From a virus: a stretch of DNA of 64,000 nucleotides. This document shows positions 57,944 through 64,000 of the stretch, in pieces (positions within the stretch are counted from its first letter, which is position 1; each line of letters starts with the position of its first letter). The position numbers and the translations under genes were made by a program. The stretch lies in IMG/VR virus record IMGVR_UViG_3300036987_000083, positions 96,001 to 160,000 of that record. One strand, written 5' to 3'. The notes beneath the pieces were generated by a model. It did no database searches. It was not told the DNA's origin and saw only the letters and a program-made list of their open reading frames with translations.

Positions 57944-58291
57944 ATGCTGATGACTGTAACTAACATCACCGACACCGCAGGCGGCATTCTCTTTCCCGGA
58001 GTCACCATCAATACGCCCGATACGGGTCTTGCCGGTGTTTCGGCCGACGCTGTCGGCGGTAACAAGCTGTATCCCCTTCCCTACCCCTTCTCGCACGTTG
58101 GCCCCATCGCGGCAGGCGCCTCGAAGGTAATGCCTATTCACGTGAAGGACTTCGAGCACAAGAGCGTTCCTTGGCTCCCGCTGTCACCCTCGACGGAGTG
58201 GCAGATGCTTGTACAGCAGGGCATTGTAAGTGTTGCGTTCTCTGAGCAGACTCTCGGTCTGAACGTCGCAGAGTCGCTTATCCCTGCGTAA
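57944..58291 (+). CDS. hypothetical (possibly structural) protein
   Basis: AGGAG RBS. Confidence 0.65.
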   Translation: MLMTVTNITDTAGGILFPGVTINTPDTGLAGVSADAVGGNKLYPLPYPFSHVGPIAAGASKVMPIHVKDFEHKSVPWLPLSPSTEWQMLVQQGIVSVAFSEQTLGLNVAESLIPA

Positions 58292-58320
58292 TTTGATGTG
58301 AGCGAGCGCATTTAGTAGCT

Positions 58321-58361
58321 ACAGCGGGACCTGGGCCGCTTTCAGGTCCCGCTGTTTCTTT
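58321..58361 (+). terminator. intrinsic terminator
   Basis: ACAGCGGGACCTG/CAGGTCCCGCTGT followed by TTCTTT. Confidence 0.8.
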
Positions 58362-58418
58362 ACAGCAACAAAGCCAGCTTGATGGCTGTGAAATCGAGAC
58401 AGACAGACAGGAGTTCCT

Positions 58419-58787
58419 TTGGCCCGATTCGTTCTTCAACCGTGTCACCTGCGGGAAGGTAAACTGGCCCCGAACAAGGGCATGCACCCGGTCGTGTTTA
58501 GTTGGCCGGAGTTGTTAGCGGCTGTGGCTCCGTCTGGGGATTACCGAGCCAAGATGGCGTTGCGGTCCCTACGGCCTGGGGCTTACGTCGGCACGGTGAG
58601 GGACCGGCAGAACCCCAAGCTTCTTCGGAATTTTGTGGTCTTAAATCAGGATATGACCTCGCAGTTCGCTTGGCTTCTTCGAGGCAACCACGAATTTGGT
58701 GAACGTTTGGTCGACGCGTATCGCGTGGATGAGGTAAAGTGGGAAGCCGTAGTGCAGGAATTTGATACCCTAGCGCCTTCGCTCTAG
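58419..58787 (+). CDS. hypothetical protein
   Basis: AGGAG RBS before TTG 58419. Confidence 0.6.
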   Translation: MARFVLQPCHLREGKLAPNKGMHPVVFSWPELLAAVAPSGDYRAKMALRSLRPGAYVGTVRDRQNPKLLRNFVVLNQDMTSQFAWLLRGNHEFGERLVDAYRVDEVKWEAVVQEFDTLAPSL

Positions 58788-58806
58788 GAGTAACTTGGAG
58801 CATTGA

Positions 58807-59424
58807 ATGTCCGACATGAACTCTCTGAATGGTTCCTCCGTGCGTGATGCGACCGGTCGCACCGGGCGCGTTGTTTCAGTTACAGAGGCTGCGGTTAACG
58901 TGGCTTGGATGCAGAAGGGACTTGTCGCAGAGGAGGCTGTGCTGGAGAGGGCCACGCTCGCGGGTGATCTCCAAGTGCTCACCCTAAAAGAGGGTTGGCA
59001 GCCCCTTGCGGTTTTAGCGGGCGTAACCATCCCCAAGGAGTCCTCGCAACTTGCACAACTCGCGGAGGAGTTGCAGAGCCTGTTTGCGACCAGTAAGCCG
59101 AAGCTCAAGCTCCCACTTGGTGAGGCTTCGGAGAAAAAGTTAAAGAAGAAGGCAACACTGTTTGGGAAGAAGCGTCACTCGCCCTTCAAGCGCTTCGGGC
59201 GTCTCGGTCCCGGTCCCGGTACCGGTCACGGCACCCGAGAAGTGGGCAAGAAGACCCGATGGGATTGTACTAAGACGAGCGCGTACAATCAGACCTGCAC
59301 CTTGCTCAAGCGTGACGCCAAAAAGAGGCTACGTAGGACGAAGAAGACGAAGAAGATTAGAATCAACCCTTCCTACAAGAGCGGGTATAACAAGGCCTAC
59401 AAGGCTTGGCGTAAGAAGGGTTAA
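58807..59424 (+). CDS. hypothetical protein with very basic C-terminus
   Basis: GGAG RBS; K/R-rich tail. Confidence 0.65.
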   Translation: MSDMNSLNGSSVRDATGRTGRVVSVTEAAVNVAWMQKGLVAEEAVLERATLAGDLQVLTLKEGWQPLAVLAGVTIPKESSQLAQLAEELQSLFATSKPKLKLPLGEASEKKLKKKATLFGKKRHSPFKRFGRLGPGPGTGHGTREVGKKTRWDCTKTSAYNQTCTLLKRDAKKRLRRTKKTKKIRINPSYKSGYNKAYKAWRKKG

Positions 59425-59473
59425 AGACGGTAGTGGCGTGCTTGCTGCGTATTACTGGTTTTAAGGGTGATTC

Positions 59474-60247
59474 ATGCCACTGCTGTCCTCTCTTACTTCT
59501 GCGTTGGGTGTTAGCACGCTGAACGAGCGGACTAGCCCTATTGCTATTCAAGAGCTGGACGAGAACGACGATTATGTAAAAAATGGGATGCTGCGATTTC
59601 AGTACTTCCCTGAGTCTATTTCTGACTCTAAGAGCGTAAACTGGTCTCCGAAAGAAATTCCAGGCGGCTCACTTCCACTCTATCAGTGGGTCAGCTCAGG
59701 GGAGCGAGCCTTGGCTTTCCAAGCGGTTTTCACTACCGATGTGGACTTTAGCTTGGAAGGTGCGACGACGCAGGCCAGCGTAGCCGTCACTGCTGCGCGG
59801 TCTGGAGCCACCACCGTCGATCACGAGCAGTCCAGAAATGTAGACATCAGAACAGCGGTGATGTGGCTTAGGCGCTTTATGATGCCTCGGTACGCAGGAA
59901 AAGTAGAAACTGGGGGAGCGCTTACCCGCGCCCCGAGAAAGCTGCAGCTATTCATGCCTGGAACCGGCATTGGGTGGGCAGGTGGCGCGGGAAACACTAT
60001 CCACAGCCAGCAACATTACATCACTGCAATCATGACTGCGTGTGAAGTGACTTGGGTTCAGTACTTCCCTTCAGGATTCCCTAGGATTGCTACAGTACAG
60101 CTTGGTTTCGCCCAAGTTGCTCAATTCAGGCACGTAGTAGAGTTTCCTGCGCCAGACGACTTGTTTGACCGTAAAATAATGGAGGGTAGTCCTTCGGACC
60201 TAACCTCGTTCCCATACAAACTGCGGGCGGTAGGGAATTACAAGTGA
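59474..60247 (+). CDS. tube-like baseplate protein (contractile-tail tube-initiator family)
   Basis: FQYFPESISDSKSVNW....IPGGS.PLYQW..SG.R.L.F. Confidence 0.7.
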   Translation: MPLLSSLTSALGVSTLNERTSPIAIQELDENDDYVKNGMLRFQYFPESISDSKSVNWSPKEIPGGSLPLYQWVSSGERALAFQAVFTTDVDFSLEGATTQASVAVTAARSGATTVDHEQSRNVDIRTAVMWLRRFMMPRYAGKVETGGALTRAPRKLQLFMPGTGIGWAGGAGNTIHSQQHYITAIMTACEVTWVQYFPSGFPRIATVQLGFAQVAQFRHVVEFPAPDDLFDRKIMEGSPSDLTSFPYKLRAVGNYK

Positions 60248-60747
60248 CTAAGACTCTTTCATCCCTATTGCGTTTGGGCCACCTCTCGGAGAAGAACCAC
60301 TTAGGGTTCAACTGGCGCAGCTCGGTTGTGCCGTCTGTTAGGGCGCCCGAGCTAGGAGAAAGAACTGCAGTCTTCAAGGCGCTTCGGTCCATTCTGGGAG
60401 AGACAGGGGGGTGGGAGGGCTACCGGGTGTCCCTTGATGTGTCAAAAACGCCCAGTCCCGCTTTTGGTTTTCGTACCAAATCTGCGGAGGAGGTCTGGGT
60501 CTACGCAAGGAAGATAGCGGAGGCCCACCCAAAGGAGGCCTCATCCACCATCATCTCTAAGGCCATAGAACAGTCTGGGATACCCGTCAGCGAGCTGACC
60601 CCGGAGGACATGAAGCTGCTGGAGATGGCAGTTAATTGGTACCTGGCAGGCAAGATAACTGGTACAGAGTCCCCTAAGACACCGCCGTATGGCGGAAACA
60701 ACACGTCAGGTACGCAGGACAATTTCCCGGATTCGGGGTCACTATGA
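60244..60747 (+). CDS. hypothetical protein
   Basis: Overlapping start/stop packing. Confidence 0.6.
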   Translation: MTKTLSSLLRLGHLSEKNHLGFNWRSSVVPSVRAPELGERTAVFKALRSILGETGGWEGYRVSLDVSKTPSPAFGFRTKSAEEVWVYARKIAEAHPKEASSTIISKAIEQSGIPVSELTPEDMKLLEMAVNWYLAGKITGTESPKTPPYGGNNTSGTQDNFPDSGSL

Positions 60748-60944
60748 AGCCTTTACCGAAAAATAAGCGGCTCCTTCTCCAAAAAAAGAAGCTTCTCCTG
60801 CAGAAAACGATGCGGGGAGAACTTGAGAAACTTCGTGAGATGGTTTCAAACCTTCTAGGCCAAGAGACGGCAATGGCGCCTCCCCAAGGGTCAAAGGCGT
60901 CACTGCTGGGCGGGAGGCGTCGGGCATGGCGGCGAAAGCTGTAG
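60744..60944 (+). CDS. small basic hypothetical protein
   Basis: Overlapping start/stop packing. Confidence 0.45.
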   Translation: MKPLPKNKRLLLQKKKLLLQKTMRGELEKLREMVSNLLGQETAMAPPQGSKASLLGGRRRAWRRKL

Positions 60945-61150
60945 TTATTCCGGAGACGCCTGCCGAACCTGAGGCAGGTTCGGACATCTTCTTGATTGCG
61001 ATGCCGTTGGCAACCTACCGGGCGTTGTCGGACACGGCGGCAATTAGAAACATGACATTTGCCCAAGCTATGCAGCAGGCACTGAATCAGTGGATTGAAG
61101 CTGTTCCGACTTTGCCGAGTTCAGTACCAACGGCTCCAATCCAAAAGTGA
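60926..61150 (+). CDS. small RHH-like protein
   Basis: IAMPLATYRALSDTA..RNMTFAQAMQQAL..W. Confidence 0.5.
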   Translation: MAAKAVVIPETPAEPEAGSDIFLIAMPLATYRALSDTAAIRNMTFAQAMQQALNQWIEAVPTLPSSVPTAPIQK

Positions 61151-61337
61151 GGCAGTGGGCCGTACCCCGCTGCGGGACGTTTGACACCTTTAGCTGCTCC
61201 TCTGGCGGTGCTACTGTCGAGGAACAGCTCTGGTCGACATGCTGGCATTTCGTGACTGTTTGGAAGTAGATGGCGCATTACGCAGACTCGGTGCATTATG
61301 CTGGGTAGAAGCACGGTACTTTTGAGAGGAAACTGAC

Positions 61338-61766
61338 ATGCCCTTCCCTGCGTCTTGGCCTCCGCGAGTAGCTTCCGGCGTTAGGTCCCTTCGGTTTTAC
61401 GTTACAGACACCGCCACTGCAGACTTTGCGGACAAGGCCTATATGTTTGCGGAGCAAGCTTCTGCAAACGTTTACACAGCTTTGCCTACGATAGCTCCGG
61501 GCAGCAAAACCACGGTGAACGTGCCTGGAGTCGCTGGTACGGGCTTGGCGACTCCGACGACCGCAGGGGTTTCAGGACCCTTGGCTCAAATCTGGTCTGG
61601 TAACATTCGTATTACGGTGACTGGGGTCAACCTCGAAATAAGCTTTGATGGGACTAACATTCACGGGCTCGTTAAGGCCGGGGATAGCGTCATCTACCGT
61701 CAACGACACGAGTCTGGGATTGCAGTACGGGGCAATGGCGCGGTCTATACTATCGAAGCCTGGTGA
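61338..61766 (+). CDS. hypothetical (possibly structural) protein
   Basis: GAGG RBS; beta-rich. Confidence 0.65.
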   Translation: MPFPASWPPRVASGVRSLRFYVTDTATADFADKAYMFAEQASANVYTALPTIAPGSKTTVNVPGVAGTGLATPTTAGVSGPLAQIWSGNIRITVTGVNLEISFDGTNIHGLVKAGDSVIYRQRHESGIAVRGNGAVYTIEAW

Positions 61767-61770
61767 CTAC

Positions 61771-62085
61771 ATGAAGAACTGGTGGACACACACAAAGGCT
61801 TGGCTACTGCTTGCGGTTGCTGTTGGCGTCTCCGTGTTGCTCTTGGTGCTGCGTGCCTTGATGCTGAAAAAGGGCGAATCCGTAACTCCGGGTTTCGGGG
61901 GGCTTCCTCCTGCGCCTGTAGCATTACAGACGGCAGCAGAGGCGGCATACGATGCCTCGGTAGAGGTGAAAGCTACTACGAAAGCAACAACGGCGGCTGC
62001 GAAACTTCAGCTTGAAGAGATTTCAAAAATGGAAGATCGCAAGGCGCGGAGGGCGGCGCTAGCCCTTTTCGTGAAGAACTCCTAG
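61771..62085 (+). CDS. membrane-anchored small protein
   Basis: N-terminal hydrophobic helix WLLLAVAVGVSVLLLVLRAL; helical C-terminus. Confidence 0.6.
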   Translation: MKNWWTHTKAWLLLAVAVGVSVLLLVLRALMLKKGESVTPGFGGLPPAPVALQTAAEAAYDASVEVKATTKATTAAAKLQLEEISKMEDRKARRAALALFVKNS

Positions 62086-62093
62086 AGGTTTGC

Positions 62094-62306
62094 ATGAATT
62101 TACGAGAGCTAATTAAAGAGGCCCGCAAGTACCTTCCCCCCGAGGAGGAGGAGGGTCCGGACCTTTGGAATCCTTCAGAGGGCTCTAAGCCCAAGCCCGC
62201 AATCAGGGCTCCAGTTACCGCTCCTTGTGGGCCGGGTACCGTCAGGCAACGTAAGCCAGACGGGACTACGATTTGTGTGTCACTTCGTGGTGTTAAAAAG
62301 TCCTAG
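62094..62306 (+). CDS. small hypothetical protein
   Basis: GAGG RBS. Confidence 0.55.
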   Translation: MNLRELIKEARKYLPPEEEEGPDLWNPSEGSKPKPAIRAPVTAPCGPGTVRQRKPDGTTICVSLRGVKKS

Positions 62307-62317
62307 GGGTCCGCACC

Positions 62318-64000
62318 GTGGAATCGCGTCATCGCAAAGTGCTGAGGTCGCTCCGCAAGGTGGTGGAGGCATCGGATCGTCCAGAACTTCGAGCAGAGCC
62401 ACCAGATGCTGCGAGTTACCGAGCGGGCAATGCTCCGAACACCTCTCGACGGTGTCCAGAGGGCTTCGCTTTTGACGGAAAGCACTGCGTACCCGTTAGG
62501 AAGAAGAAAAACTCTGCTCCTACTAAGCCGGGTAGCTCCAAGAGCAGCGCGTTGCCGAGAGATCCTCCTGAGTCCCGTCGCCAAGACGACCCCGATGACT
62601 TCCCGAATACCCGGGAGCACGAAAAGTCCGCCCAGCAAAAAGATATTCCGCTCGTTCCGGATCCAAAGAGCGAAGTCATGCAGCGGTTGCACAACGCAGT
62701 AACGCTTTCGAATGGGTTGCGCTCCTTTGAGTATGCGGAAGCGGAGTACAAGGAATACGCACACAGCGGCTTCATCCAGTCAAAGTTTCCAGACGCCTTT
62801 AAGGACAAGCAGGACTTCATCGCGGAGTTTTTGAACGGAGATCATGTTGCAGTAAGTGACTGGGCATCGATAAAGAACACATCCGCCTCCGAACAGCCAG
62901 AAGGCGATTACCCCAGCCTGTTCAAAAAGTTTTGGGAGTTCCAAGGGACTAAGTGGGCAGAGAAGGGCGTTGATGACAAGACTAATGAAGAGCGCTTCAA
63001 AACCTATTTGGATGGGCTCATTGAGAAAGCCGATGCAGAGGACGAAGAAACTACCCCTCCGGTGATTGTGGGAGTGCACCGGGACCCGACGCTCGGTACG
63101 GAAACTTCCTGGTTGTTGGCGGGGAACTCCCGTGCGCTGCTTTACGCTTTCATCGGTAAAGCGGCGCCTACTCGGATGGTTCCGCTAAAAGGTCGGATGC
63201 TGCCAGATCCTACCGAGGAAGAGCTTCAAACTGTTTTGTGGCCTGCGGAGTCCTCTTCGGAGGACGATGATGAGCTAGAGCAGAATGTTCGCGCTGCCGT
63301 GCAACAGGTAATCGCCGGGCGCGGAGGACAGCCCCCGGGCGGAAGCCCCCCTCCCCCGGAGGCCGCCGTGCCTCCAGCTCCGGCCGCCGCACCTCCGGCG
63401 GCTGCCCCGCCAGAGGCCGCAGCTCCTCCGCAAGAGGCGGTACTACGGGTGCTGAAGACAATCTTCGAGTCAGAGTACAAACACCCCTCTGGGCACACGA
63501 AAAGGTTGTTCTCCAAAGCGTTTAAGACTCTCGGGTACCCTGTAGGCACTGTGCGCAACTGGGCTCGCGGGAAGGTAATAAAGACCCGGGATGGCTGGGA
63601 AGAGGTACCGGCAGGGACTAAAGCCCCCAAAATTGCCACGCCCTTGGTGCCTGCCGCACAGCATGACCAGCCCCGCCCTAAGCTTGCGCTTAAGAGGGCT
63701 GCAGCAGCGCCCCCTGTTGCGAACCTCCCTGCGAGAGATTCTGACGAAGCTCACTGGATTGAGGCTATTCCGGACTTCCCTGCAGAAACGACGCAGAAGC
63801 ACTATGGTCCGAACCGCGCGCCAAAGGCTTACCGACAAAAGCTGCACAACAGCATCATCTCCAAGTACTTCGACAAAGTGCCTGCACCTAGCGCGGAGAC
63901 GCTAAGGACCAAGAAGCCTGTAGCCATCATGCTGATGGGGGGTCCTGCTTCCGGAAAAAGCACGATTGGTGGGGCCTACCCGGACACTCAATTCATCCAC
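62318..64000 (+). CDS. partial large protein (runs off the window): ParB-like segment plus zeta-toxin-like P-loop kinase
   Basis: 561 open codons from GTG 62318 (absent from the ORF track); PPVIVG...LLAGNSR; KPVAIMLMGGPASGKST. Confidence 0.7.
   Translation, partial: MESRHRKVLRSLRKVVEASDRPELRAEPPDAASYRAGNAPNTSRRCPEGFAFDGKHCVPVRKKKNSAPTKPGSSKSSALPRDPPESRRQDDPDDFPNTREHEKSAQQKDIPLVPDPKSEVMQRLHNAVTLSNGLRSFEYAEAEYKEYAHSGFIQSKFPDAFKDKQDFIAEFLNGDHVAVSDWASIKNTSASEQPEGDYPSLFKKFWEFQGTKWAEKGVDDKTNEERFKTYLDGLIEKADAEDEETTPPVIVGVHRDPTLGTETSWLLAGNSRALLYAFIGKAAPTRMVPLKGRMLPDPTEEELQTVLWPAESSSEDDDELEQNVRAAVQQVIAGRGGQPPGGSPPPPEAAVPPAPAAAPPAAAPPEAAAPPQEAVLRVLKTIFESEYKHPSGHTKRLFSKAFKTLGYPVGTVRNWARGKVIKTRDGWEEVPAGTKAPKIATPLVPAAQHDQPRPKLALKRAAAAPPVANLPARDSDEAHWIEAIPDFPAETTQKHYGPNRAPKAYRQKLHNSIISKYFDKVPAPSAETLRTKKPVAIMLMGGPASGKSTIGGAYPDTQFIH

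Overview
This window is a segment of a large T4-like (myovirus, probably jumbo) phage genome. It is ~55% GC by eye and almost entirely + strand. 0.1-9 kb: accessory genes, including a radical SAM enzyme and a ~1,460-aa multidomain kinase/ART-like protein. 9-33.3 kb: head, neck and tail module: terminase with two inteins (one LAGLIDADG, one HNH), portal, prohead core, protease-scaffold, gp23-type major capsid protein, neck, sheath and tube. 33.4-50 kb: an RNA island with about 46 tRNA genes covering all 20 amino acids (no Val-TAC found), 7 HNH genes plus one PD-(D/E)XK endonuclease gene, an RNA ligase and many non-canonical structured RNAs. 50-64 kb: accessory enzymes, tail and baseplate assembly genes, and a truncated ParB-like/zeta-toxin-like protein. 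The most notable signals are: (i) endonuclease + replacement-tRNA cassettes sitting inside or beside a broken tRNA of the same anticodon; (ii) permuted, doubled or greatly expanded tRNA-like RNAs, three RNAs sharing a Y-RNA-like terminal helix, and a mimic of the 23S rRNA uL11-binding domain; (iii) a 14-bp palindrome, CGACCAYRTGGTCG, found 8 times at 4-13 kb spacing. All calls come from reading the sequence by eye. No database search or folding program was run.
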